DNA from: a virus
Lineage: Duplodnaviria > Caudoviricetes
Length of the DNA: 64,000 nt
Strand: one strand, 5' to 3'
Virus record (IMG/VR): IMGVR_UViG_3300032303_002590
Shown here piece after piece: positions 44,424 to 52,978 of this stretch. The notes under the pieces were generated by a model. That model ran no database searches. It was not told where the DNA came from and saw nothing but the letters and a program-made list of their open reading frames with translations. The position numbers and the translations under genes are program-made. The first letter of the stretch is position 1. Every line of letters begins with the position of its first letter.

Positions 44424-44640
44424 TTGGATGATTTCGATCCGCATACGGCCGCTGGCGATCTATAATGGATCGCCCACGCGGCGTTGCTGTCCATACGCGC
44501 GCCGGTGGCGGGTCAGGATCTGAATGCGCCATCTACAGATCGAAAACGATCTTTCACCCAACCCCCCATATATACTAATATACCCACAATTCGGAATTTA
44601 ATTTCCGAAATACCCTTTTCAGACTCACTTCACAAGATCT
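44424..44640. other. GC-rich multi-hairpin non-coding island
   Basis: stems at 44448-44482, 44504-44533, 44537-44552, 44590-44609; several GATC. Confidence 0.6.
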
Positions 44641-44675
44641 TAAAATCTCCTTTTTAAAAATTTTTTACCAAACGC

Positions 44676-44706
44676 TTGGATATACAAATCTTTGTTCGTA
44701 TATTAA
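44676..44706 (+). promoter_or_regulatory. early promoter
   Basis: TTGGA 44676; core 44695. Confidence 0.75.
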
Positions 44707-44728
44707 TGGATAATAAAAAAACAGTTAT

Positions 44729-44917
44729 ATGAAAAAGTTTTTAGAAATTTATTTAGGGTTCTGTATAGTCTTACCATTAGCATTTTGTATAGTATTATAT
44801 ACAATAGGATGTTTCTTAACATGGAGTATTATTGAACCAAACATTGAATGGGGAGTTATTAGAGTGTATATGGTAATAGCTCTTATAGTATCAATATTTT
44901 TAGCAGCAGATGAATAA
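44729..44917 (+). CDS. small membrane protein
   Basis: two TM segments. Confidence 0.65.
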   Translation: MKKFLEIYLGFCIVLPLAFCIVLYTIGCFLTWSIIEPNIEWGVIRVYMVIALIVSIFLAADE

Positions 44918-45125
44918 TATGAAAAAGTTATTCTTAAACTTATCTTGGAGGTTCTTAAATTGGATAGGATATGTTATTGTCTTTAGAGATTACTATGATC
45001 CGGAAACATTTACATTGGTAAAAAAGAATACCCATATGGTTATTCATAAATGTACAAGCAAGACAGATGAGAATGGATGGAGAAACGTAAAACAAATATT
45101 TAAAATACAAATCAGAAAGATATGA
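44910..45125 (+). CDS. hypothetical protein
   Basis: overlapping operon ORF. Confidence 0.6.
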   Translation: MNNMKKLFLNLSWRFLNWIGYVIVFRDYYDPETFTLVKKNTHMVIHKCTSKTDENGWRNVKQIFKIQIRKI

Positions 45126-45325
45126 CATCAAAAGAAAAAGCAAAAGAGTTATTTGATAAAATGTGGTTAAATTTACCTACACAATATGGATATTTATATT
45201 GTAAACAATGCGCATTAATAGCAGTTGATGAAATAATCAAAGAACTATTAGAGTGTGGTGAAGTTTGGATGAAATCAAAAATTAAATATTGGCAAGAAGT
45301 TAAACAAGAAATAGAGCTATTATGA
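45122..45325 (+). CDS. hypothetical protein (KEKAKEL..CALIAVDEI..YWQEVKQEI family)
   Basis: motif typical of Bacteroidota phage small ORFs. Confidence 0.72.
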   Translation: MTSKEKAKELFDKMWLNLPTQYGYLYCKQCALIAVDEIIKELLECGEVWMKSKIKYWQEVKQEIELL

Positions 45326-45555
45326 CAATAAAACAATTAATTGAAGAACTAAGTAAAATCGAAGATCAAGATTTAAGAGTAATGACTTCGGGATATGAAG
45401 GTGGATTTAATGATGTAGAAAACATAAATCTAACACCTATATATATGGCTTTAGACGTGAATACGGAATGGTATTACGGAAAACACGAGCCCGTAGATAA
45501 TCTGTACGAGGCTACCAATAGCAATTACCAAATAGTAAAGGCAATTATTTTATAA
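45322..45555 (+). CDS. hypothetical protein
   Basis: MTIKQLIEEL..GYEGG motif. Confidence 0.72.
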   Translation: MTIKQLIEELSKIEDQDLRVMTSGYEGGFNDVENINLTPIYMALDVNTEWYYGKHEPVDNLYEATNSNYQIVKAIIL

Positions 45556-45570
45556 ACCATTTTTCTCCCC

Positions 45571-46197
45571 ATGAACACACTCAATATTACTCAGGCTCAA
45601 ACCATGGAACAAAATGGTGAACTTATAATTTACCATACAGGTACTGTAAAATCCATTTTAAACGAATTATCCAACTACTCTATATGGAAATCTAATTTCC
45701 AAGAATTAAAAACCCAGTATAAAAAAATCCCACGTGGTAAATTACTGGATTTTCTTTCCTTCGATTATATTATCGAATGTGAGGAACAATCCAATTGTGA
45801 GGAAGAGAAAATTATATGGACATATATGTATGGGAAGAAAACCGAGTCAGCATCCCGTTTTTACCATTCCCACAATAAGGGGCAATACGTGTATATTTTA
45901 ACTAATGAGGCATATCCTGAGATATGTAAAATAGGAAAAGCCGTTATGCCTATTTCTCGAATTAAACAAATTAATGGTGCAGGAACTGTTTCTGAATGGA
46001 AATTACGTTGGGCTTTACCTGTTTCTGATGGGTATGTTGTGGAAAGTGTAGTACATAAATCCTTAGAGAATTTAAGGAGAGGCTCAATTCAAGGTTCCTC
46101 TAGAGAATTTTTTGAAATTTCTTTAGAAGAAGCTATTGTGGAGGTTGAAAAATTAGGTGAATATTTTAAAACTAGTGAAGGAATTTGGTATGAGTGA
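45571..46197 (+). CDS. T5orf172 / GIY-YIG superfamily protein
   Basis: YVYILTN..KIGK..RIKQIN..E..VH..REFF. Confidence 0.82.
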   Translation: MNTLNITQAQTMEQNGELIIYHTGTVKSILNELSNYSIWKSNFQELKTQYKKIPRGKLLDFLSFDYIIECEEQSNCEEEKIIWTYMYGKKTESASRFYHSHNKGQYVYILTNEAYPEICKIGKAVMPISRIKQINGAGTVSEWKLRWALPVSDGYVVESVVHKSLENLRRGSIQGSSREFFEISLEEAIVEVEKLGEYFKTSEGIWYE

Positions 46198-46393
46198 GTT
46201 AATTTGGTGGTATATATGGATTTTAGTTGAATCGTATTTGGAGGCAGGCTTACTTATAGCTTTAATCTTTATTATGATTAACTATATTTTCCCATCAGAT
46301 CAAATTTTTACTTTAAAAGATTATTTTATTATTATTTTTTTACATCCTATTGTGATATATCATTTTATAAAAGCATTATATGGAGACGATTAA
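46190..46393 (+). CDS. small membrane protein
   Basis: ATG 46190 preferred; two TM segments. Confidence 0.6.
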   Translation: MSELIWWYIWILVESYLEAGLLIALIFIMINYIFPSDQIFTLKDYFIIIFLHPIVIYHFIKALYGDD

Positions 46394-46649
46394 TTTAAAT
46401 AAACAAATAATTCCTTATTTAGAACCTGTTATTTCTCAAACTTTAGATATAATTGAGGAAACTCTTAGTGAGGAAGGTTTTGATGAAGGGGAAGTAAATG
46501 AATTACTTTATCAATTAGATGAAGAATTTGGTGAGTATATTACTATGTTATCACCACAAATTCGTGGAAGACTTATGGAAATACACGATAAATTATTAAA
46601 TAATGATATAGTATATGATTTGAAAAAATCAATCGATATTAATATATAA
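46380..46649 (+). CDS. acidic hypothetical protein
   Basis: about 20 D/E in 89 aa. Confidence 0.65.
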   Translation: METINLNKQIIPYLEPVISQTLDIIEETLSEEGFDEGEVNELLYQLDEEFGEYITMLSPQIRGRLMEIHDKLLNNDIVYDLKKSIDINI

Positions 46650-46692
46650 AAATATAAATTATAAATCTTCATTAAATCTTCAGTTAGAAAAC

Positions 46693-46722
46693 TTGGATAT
46701 TAAAGATATTTGTCGTATAATT
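46693..46722 (+). promoter_or_regulatory. variant early/middle promoter
   Basis: TTGGA 46693; GTCGTATAATT at 46712 (same spacing). Confidence 0.55.
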
Positions 46723-46761
46723 GAGGGACGGGAAGGAGAAAAAAATAGATAATATAGAAAG

Positions 46762-47061
46762 ATGAGAAAATGGGACATGGTAATATTCACGTTGGAGGGG
46801 TGTGAGTATTGTAAAACGTTAGGAGAGGGGTTACAAACATTAAATATTCCTTTTAATACTATAGACGTTTCATATAATAGTAAAGCAGGGGATATAATTG
46901 AGAATACCTATAAATGTTATTCTTATCCCATAGTAATATTAAAACAACCTACACAGATAACTTGGCTACCTGAAACAGAATTATTACCTTCACCTTCAAT
47001 TAGAACATATTTTTCAATTTATGGATTAATAGATGAAATTTTTAACACATTTAATAAATAA
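46762..47061 (+). CDS. glutaredoxin-like protein
   Basis: IFTLEGCEYC, SYPIV. Confidence 0.82.
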   Translation: MRKWDMVIFTLEGCEYCKTLGEGLQTLNIPFNTIDVSYNSKAGDIIENTYKCYSYPIVILKQPTQITWLPETELLPSPSIRTYFSIYGLIDEIFNTFNK

Positions 47062-47066
47062 AAGTT

Positions 47067-47822
47067 ATGCAATTAACAGCCGAACAAATTAAAGAAAACT
47101 GGATTGATTTAGAAGAAACTATTAAAGTCTTTATTGAAGAACCTCGTCGTTCTCAATTATTAGATTTTTACCAAAAATATCAGGAACGTATTATTATGAT
47201 GCCAGCAGCACATAAGAAAGAATACCATAATGCATTTCCAGGAGGATATGTTGATCACGTTTTACGTGTAATTGACTGTTCTCTTAAATTACATAATATA
47301 TGGGAGGAAATGGGAGCTGATATTTCTACATATACCAAGGAAGAACTAGTATTTTCTGCACTTAATCATGATTTAGGTAAAATGGGAGACGATCAATATG
47401 AAGCATATATTCCTCAGACTGATCAATGGAGAAGAGATAAATTAGGAGAAGATTACATGTTTAATACTAAATTAGCATTTGCATCAGTCCCAGATCGTTC
47501 ATTATTTTTACTCATGTCACATGGTATCCAATATACATTTAATGAAATGATAGCTATTCAGACACATGATGGTTTATATGATGAAGGAAATAAAAAATAT
47601 CTTATGACTTATATGCCCGAACAAAAACCACGTACTGCTTTACCATTAATATTACACCAGGCTGATATGATGGCTGCTCGTATTGAATTTGAGAAAGAAT
47701 GGTTACCTAAATTTAAACAAGATAAAAAAGTAGAAGTTAAGGTACCTAATAAATTCTCAGTTAAGGCACCTAAATTATCTAACCCAGACGCTCCATTTGC
47801 TAACTTATTAAATAATATATAA
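47067..47822 (+). CDS. HD-domain phosphohydrolase (YhaM-like)
   Basis: PAA..YHNAFPGG..DH, HDLGK, HDG, HQAD. Confidence 0.85.
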   Translation: MQLTAEQIKENWIDLEETIKVFIEEPRRSQLLDFYQKYQERIIMMPAAHKKEYHNAFPGGYVDHVLRVIDCSLKLHNIWEEMGADISTYTKEELVFSALNHDLGKMGDDQYEAYIPQTDQWRRDKLGEDYMFNTKLAFASVPDRSLFLLMSHGIQYTFNEMIAIQTHDGLYDEGNKKYLMTYMPEQKPRTALPLILHQADMMAARIEFEKEWLPKFKQDKKVEVKVPNKFSVKAPKLSNPDAPFANLLNNI

Positions 47823-47823
47823 T

Positions 47824-48102
47824 ATGATACTAATTTTAATTAATATTGCAGTAATTATTTTACTTGTAATAGGATACGTTATTTGGAATTTACTTAAAAA
47901 AGTAGAGAAATTAGAAAATCAAATTACAGTACAAGAAACTTATATTCTTGAATTTTATGATTTAGTTAAAACCTCAGAAGTAAAAATAAAAGAAATTGAT
48001 AATAAACAATTATTTCAATCAGATGATGAAGTAGGTTTTTTCTTTACTAATTTGAAAACAATCCAAGAAGCACTTTCGGATTACGTAAAATTTATAAAAT
48101 AA
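47824..48102 (+). CDS. membrane-anchored coiled-coil protein
   Basis: N-terminal TM helix, FQSDDEVGFFF. Confidence 0.7.
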   Translation: MILILINIAVIILLVIGYVIWNLLKKVEKLENQITVQETYILEFYDLVKTSEVKIKEIDNKQLFQSDDEVGFFFTNLKTIQEALSDYVKFIK

Positions 48103-48103
48103 C

Positions 48104-48904
48104 ATGGAAGTATTAAATTCCGAAATAAAAGTTCTTCATGTACCCCAAGAAGAAACAGAAGTACAATATACAAAAAAGGGAACAGTTCGTAAAAGAAAAC
48201 CCAAAACCAAAAAAATGTACTTCACTCAAGATACAGAAGATGCTATTATTGAGTATTTAGCTGAAACTGATCCTATAAAAAGAAATAGAATTTATAATGA
48301 ACGTATTGATTATGGTTTTTTTAAATTAACAGAAAATATAATTCATACCTTTAAGTTTTATTATACTGAAGTAGAAACAATTGCCGAACTTCAACACGAA
48401 GTAACTTCATTTTTACTTGAAAAACTCCATTTATATAATCAAGCTAAAGGAAAAGCTTATTCTTATTTTGGTACTATTGCTAAAAGATATTTAATTCTTT
48501 ATAATAATAAAAATTATGAAAAATTAAAAGGTAAAGCTGAAGTAGAAGCTATAGATGAAGATAAAACAATTGTTTTAAATATAGTTAATAACTCAGAAAG
48601 TGTAGATGACCCATTAATGGGTGAAAATTATTTTATGGATAAGTTTATAGCGTATGTAGATTTATATTTGTTTAAAATTTTTACAGAACCAGAAGATTCT
48701 AAAACAGCAGATGCTATTATGCAATTATTTAAACATAGAGAAAGTTTAGATATTTTTAATAAGAAAGCTATTTACATCTATATTAGAGAACAAACCGAAC
48801 AAGATACTCCTCAAATAACTAAAGTAATGAAAAAATTAGAGAGAGTTTATAAACGTTTACATAATCAATATTTAGATTATGGGTATGTTAGCTTAAATTA
48901 CTAA
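48104..48904 (+). CDS. phage late sigma factor (T4 gp55-like)
   Basis: YFTQDTE..KLTENII..KF.Y..KAYSYFGTIA region-2 pattern; precedes late genes. Confidence 0.7.
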   Translation: MEVLNSEIKVLHVPQEETEVQYTKKGTVRKRKPKTKKMYFTQDTEDAIIEYLAETDPIKRNRIYNERIDYGFFKLTENIIHTFKFYYTEVETIAELQHEVTSFLLEKLHLYNQAKGKAYSYFGTIAKRYLILYNNKNYEKLKGKAEVEAIDEDKTIVLNIVNNSESVDDPLMGENYFMDKFIAYVDLYLFKIFTEPEDSKTADAIMQLFKHRESLDIFNKKAIYIYIREQTEQDTPQITKVMKKLERVYKRLHNQYLDYGYVSLNY

Positions 48905-48920
48905 AAAATTTTTAAGATTT

Positions 48921-48929
48921 ATATTTATA
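48921..48929 (+). promoter_or_regulatory. putative late promoter ATATTTATA
   Basis: intergenic, heads structural operon. Confidence 0.65.
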
Positions 48930-48943
48930 AATAAAACAAAAAT

Positions 48944-49318
48944 ATGGATTTTAACACAGTAACCCTTTTTGGTAAAAAAACATTTGCCGATTTATTAAAA
49001 GAGATACATACTAATTCTTCTAATAAAGAGAAAGAAATTAGAAATTTAATAGAAAACCTAAAACCATTTATTAATTCAGCAGGTGATGCGGTTATTATTG
49101 TTCCTTTAATTAAAGATTACTTAGATGTATCGGTTAAAAATGATGATTTATTAATTAAAATGGCAGGTATAGTTCAAAGAGCTATGAATGCTACTTCAAG
49201 TGATGATGGCATGTTAATTTCTGACGCTGAAAAAGAAATGCTTTTTGAATCAATTCAACAACTAAATTCTAAATCTGAAGAAGAGATTCCAGTTAGAAAA
49301 TTAAATATGAATGAGTAG
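48944..49318 (+). CDS. late hypothetical helical protein
   Basis: 124-aa ORF. Confidence 0.72.
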   Translation: MDFNTVTLFGKKTFADLLKEIHTNSSNKEKEIRNLIENLKPFINSAGDAVIIVPLIKDYLDVSVKNDDLLIKMAGIVQRAMNATSSDDGMLISDAEKEMLFESIQQLNSKSEEEIPVRKLNMNE

Positions 49319-50162
49319 TTTATATCCTAGTTTACAGCAGAGCATATCTAATATTTCATCAGGTAAAGGAAAAGGTTCACCAACACCTTTTTTCTTTGCT
49401 CGTGTTAATGATATTGTTTTGTCTCCAAATACCTATACTACAGATTTTTTTACGGCAGCTGGTGGTTGGGCAGGATTAGGATCTGTTAAATTTACTCCAT
49501 TAAATTCTAAACCTGATAATGATAAACCTTCAAGTTTAATAGCTAAACCTTTATTTAATAATATTTTCAAATATCCTCTTTTAAATGAGGTAGTTTTAAT
49601 ATTAAGTGCTCCTTCATATGATTTGAATGAAAAACCTAATGCTAAAACTTTTTATTATTTAACAACAGTTGGGTTATGGAATAGTGTTCATCATAATGCT
49701 TTTCCCGATATAGCTACGTATAAAGGTGGCGAGTTAAATTTTGGTCATACATTCACCGAAAAAGAAGATATACGCAGTTTATTACCTGAAGAAGGAGATG
49801 TATTGTTAGAGGGGAGATGGGGTAATTCAATTAGATTTTCTTCCACTACTAAACAAAAACAACCAAATAATCCTTGGAGTTCAATAGGTGATATAGGAAT
49901 GCCTATTACTATTATAAGAAATAATCAATCAATGGTTGATATAAATCCTGATCCATGGGTTCCTGTTTATGAAGATCCAAATAATGATGGTTCTTCTATT
50001 TATATGTGCGCAGGGCAAGATATTCCTTTAGAGTATGCTTCTAAAAATTTACAAACATTTGGAGTAACAATAGGAGCTGCATTTAATAGTTCATTACAAA
50101 TACCAGATCCTGCATTTCCAAATTTAGATCAAACACCTAAACAAGCAGATAGTTTAAAATAA
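49311..50162 (+). CDS. baseplate hub protein (gp5/VgrG OB-fold-like N-terminal part)
   Basis: YPLLNEVV, EGDVLLEGRWGNSIRF; baseplate context. Confidence 0.55.
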   Translation: MSSLYPSLQQSISNISSGKGKGSPTPFFFARVNDIVLSPNTYTTDFFTAAGGWAGLGSVKFTPLNSKPDNDKPSSLIAKPLFNNIFKYPLLNEVVLILSAPSYDLNEKPNAKTFYYLTTVGLWNSVHHNAFPDIATYKGGELNFGHTFTEKEDIRSLLPEEGDVLLEGRWGNSIRFSSTTKQKQPNNPWSSIGDIGMPITIIRNNQSMVDINPDPWVPVYEDPNNDGSSIYMCAGQDIPLEYASKNLQTFGVTIGAAFNSSLQIPDPAFPNLDQTPKQADSLK

Positions 50163-50163
50163 T

Positions 50164-50598
50164 ATGATTACATCTTATAAACCCGAATTCCCTTATACAG
50201 GAGACCATTTAATTTTTAATTCTGGTAGAGTTACTATTAACTCTAAAGATGATTCTATAATGTTATTTGCTAAAGAATCAATTAGCTTTTCAGCTGCGGG
50301 TTCAATTCATTTTAATTGTGATAGTAATTTAATTATTAATGCAGATAAAATTTATTTAGGGTTAGAAACAGATATAGATAAACCAGAACCTGCTATTAGA
50401 GGGCAAAAATTATATGATTTATTAGATTCTTTAAATACGGCTTTAATGAATTTAGGAGAAGGATTATCATATGCTACAGATAGTAATGGTATAGGGATAC
50501 CTTCAGTTTCAGTATCTGGGGAAAGTTTAATGGTTGATACTTTACAATTACAAACTTTAGTAGAAAAAATTAGATCTGAAAAAACCTTTTTATTATAA
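50164..50598 (+). CDS. baseplate spike-like beta-helix protein
   Basis: short beta-strand repeats, IYLG..EPAIRG. Confidence 0.5.
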   Translation: MITSYKPEFPYTGDHLIFNSGRVTINSKDDSIMLFAKESISFSAAGSIHFNCDSNLIINADKIYLGLETDIDKPEPAIRGQKLYDLLDSLNTALMNLGEGLSYATDSNGIGIPSVSVSGESLMVDTLQLQTLVEKIRSEKTFLL

Positions 50599-52046
50599 TG
50601 GCAGTACCAGCAGGATTATCAAGAATATTATGTGATGTAGCCCCTAAAAGAATTAGTAAGGTTACAAATCAAATTCTTAAAATTTTATTTAAAATTAATA
50701 ATGTATTAATGGAAATTAATTCTATTGATTTTTGTAATCCATTAGGATATATTTTAACTAAAGCTTTACCTCCTGGGGGATTTTTAGAAGCTAAACTTTT
50801 AAAATATGGAAAAGCAATAACTGATTTTATTAATAAAGCAGGTGATAAATTAAATCCTGCTAAATTAACAGGAGAAACAGATGAACAATATAAAGCCAGA
50901 ATAAAATCTTATCAAGCATCTCTTGAAGAAATTAGATTAGCTTTAGAAGATATAATACCTCCAGATGATTTAATAACAATTATTCCTGGTGGGGAAGGTT
51001 TAGCAAAAACTATTCAATCTATAAATTTAGCTTTAGTTGCAACTAGTGATACTATAGATCCTACTATTAATATTATTAATAAAATCACTATAGTAAAATC
51101 TTTTACTAGAAAATTAACTCCATTCTTATCTCCAATTAATATTGCTACTTTAGCTATAGGAGGACAAGAAGCAGAAATAAATAAAAAATTAGCAGGTATT
51201 ATTAAACCTGAAAGATTTAGAGAAAGTGTTGGATTTTTAGTTAGACAAGTAAAAGCTGTTGATCAAGCCATAGTTCAAATACAAGCTACAGTTAAATTAA
51301 TTAATACTATTGTACGAATTATTAATATTTTAGCTAAAGTATATAAATTTGTTGTTAAAGTTTTAACTCGTTTGAATACTCCATTAGCCATAGGTGGAGG
51401 AGGTAGTCCTGTTATTTCACAAACTAATGCTTCAACTAATACTCAAGCAGATAGAATTTCTAAAAGTAATCAAATAGTTGATGATCTAGAAAAGATAACA
51501 GGTATAGTTGCTAATTTCTTAAAGGGACCAGTTTTATTAAATATAAAACGTATAAGAAAACAAATATTACAATTACTAACAGGACTTAATATATTATATC
51601 AAAATCTCCATGCTTGTCAATATACTAACGGAGATAAAGGGTTATTAGATTCAGTACAAGGAAGTATTAATTCATTAACCAGTAATTTAGAAACTTTAGA
51701 TAATTTATTCCCTACAGCTAAAACTACAAACTTACCATTATTATATAGTGGTTATACTATTAATATAATAAAAGAAGAGGTAGTTGATACTGGTATTAAA
51801 TTAATAAGAAGAACTGTAATAGTAGCAGATCAAAGAGGAGTTATTGAATACGAAGGTACTCCAACTTATGCTACAGATGATCAAGTATTAATTAAAGAAG
51901 GTCAATACTATCTTGATAAGAAAAATCAAACTGGTACTAGTAATACAGGTAATGATTCACCAACAGATCAAGAAGTAATAGATATAACAATGCAAACTGG
52001 ATTAAATCCTGATGATACAATAGGAGGTCCAGTAACACCAAATTAA
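50598..52046 (+). CDS. putative structural protein
   Basis: 482-aa helical ORF in baseplate operon. Confidence 0.65.
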   Translation: MAVPAGLSRILCDVAPKRISKVTNQILKILFKINNVLMEINSIDFCNPLGYILTKALPPGGFLEAKLLKYGKAITDFINKAGDKLNPAKLTGETDEQYKARIKSYQASLEEIRLALEDIIPPDDLITIIPGGEGLAKTIQSINLALVATSDTIDPTINIINKITIVKSFTRKLTPFLSPINIATLAIGGQEAEINKKLAGIIKPERFRESVGFLVRQVKAVDQAIVQIQATVKLINTIVRIINILAKVYKFVVKVLTRLNTPLAIGGGGSPVISQTNASTNTQADRISKSNQIVDDLEKITGIVANFLKGPVLLNIKRIRKQILQLLTGLNILYQNLHACQYTNGDKGLLDSVQGSINSLTSNLETLDNLFPTAKTTNLPLLYSGYTINIIKEEVVDTGIKLIRRTVIVADQRGVIEYEGTPTYATDDQVLIKEGQYYLDKKNQTGTSNTGNDSPTDQEVIDITMQTGLNPDDTIGGPVTPN

Positions 52047-52064
52047 AATAAGTTTTAATATTAA

Positions 52065-52073
52065 ATATTTATA
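52065..52073 (+). promoter_or_regulatory. putative late promoter ATATTTATA
   Basis: intergenic motif copy. Confidence 0.62.
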
Positions 52074-52076
52074 CTC

Positions 52077-52565
52077 ATGAAATTAGACGCATTCAGAAAA
52101 GTAATTAGAGAAGAAGTTAAAAAGGCTATTCAAGAAGAAATGAGAGATATTCTACTTGAAGCAGTTAAAGCTGCTAGTAAACCTAACTTAACTGAAAACA
52201 AATCTACTCAACCTTATTCTAAAGTAGAATCTACTTACAAACCCTCATTTTCAGAAATAATTTCTGAAGAAAGAAAACCAATACCTTCAACAGGTAATCC
52301 AATGTTAGATATTTTAAATGAAACTGCTCAAGCAGGAGAATGGAGAACCTTAAATGGAGGAGAATTTAATGCTTCACAAGCAGTAGGTTGGGCTGGAGGA
52401 GCTCCAAATATGATGGGTGGAGGAAATAATGTTCCTGTAGTAGCTACAGTAGATGAAATGATTAAATCACAAGGTCCTGTTAGAGATATAAATGATGTAC
52501 GTATTGATGTTGTACCTGATTTTTCAAAAATAATGGGTGCTTTAAAAGAGAAAGGTAGTATTTAA
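52077..52565 (+). CDS. late hypothetical protein (IREEV leader)
   Basis: 162-aa ORF. Confidence 0.72.
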   Translation: MKLDAFRKVIREEVKKAIQEEMRDILLEAVKAASKPNLTENKSTQPYSKVESTYKPSFSEIISEERKPIPSTGNPMLDILNETAQAGEWRTLNGGEFNASQAVGWAGGAPNMMGGGNNVPVVATVDEMIKSQGPVRDINDVRIDVVPDFSKIMGALKEKGSI

Positions 52566-52978
52566 TGGCCTATAGTATAGTACATATTAATCCTTTAGAC
52601 TTACAACCTAGTAAGGGTGTAGGTATTCAATTACCATTTGATGGTCCAACTGGATTAAATATTACTTATACTACTGCTGAATCTATAAAATCAAATATTT
52701 TAAATTTTTTCTTAACAGGGAAAAGAGAAAGAATAATGAATCCTACTTTTGGGGCAGGTATTAGAGAACAATTATTTGAACAAATTACTCAAGGCACAAC
52801 TCAAAATATAGAAGATATTATAAAATTTGGATTAAGTGATTATTTCCCACAGGTTAAATTAAATCAACTTACAGTTAGTGCTTCACCAGATAAGAATTTA
52901 ATTCAAGTATATTTTAGTTATTCTATATCAAATACAAACATACAAGACCAAATTGCAATAAATTTTAATAATGGCTAA
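52565..52978 (+). CDS. baseplate wedge protein gp25-like
   Basis: IKSNILNFFLT..ERIMNPTFG..LFE. Confidence 0.88.
   Translation: MAYSIVHINPLDLQPSKGVGIQLPFDGPTGLNITYTTAESIKSNILNFFLTGKRERIMNPTFGAGIREQLFEQITQGTTQNIEDIIKFGLSDYFPQVKLNQLTVSASPDKNLIQVYFSYSISNTNIQDQIAINFNNG

Larger units (their letters stand above)
28944..44706 (+). repeat. dispersed array of promoter/leader cassette repeats (core TTCGTATATT[TA]A)
   Basis: 27 cores counted between 28963 and 44695, each followed by an A-rich leader ending mostly in [GA]TTATG. Confidence 0.92.

Noticed and set aside
28944-44706. CRISPR array interpretation of the dispersed repeats
   Set aside because: Intervals are hundreds to thousands of nt of coding sequence, repeats are degenerate and promoter-like, and no cas1/cas2 is present
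517-45336. All minus-strand ORFs in the track (e.g. 517-720, 2318-2557, 4121-4351, 15917-16117, 34406-34645, 41882-42151, 43821-44099, 44275-44532)
   Set aside because: Short shadows of + strand genes or of structured non-coding DNA, with no recognisable leaders or motifs
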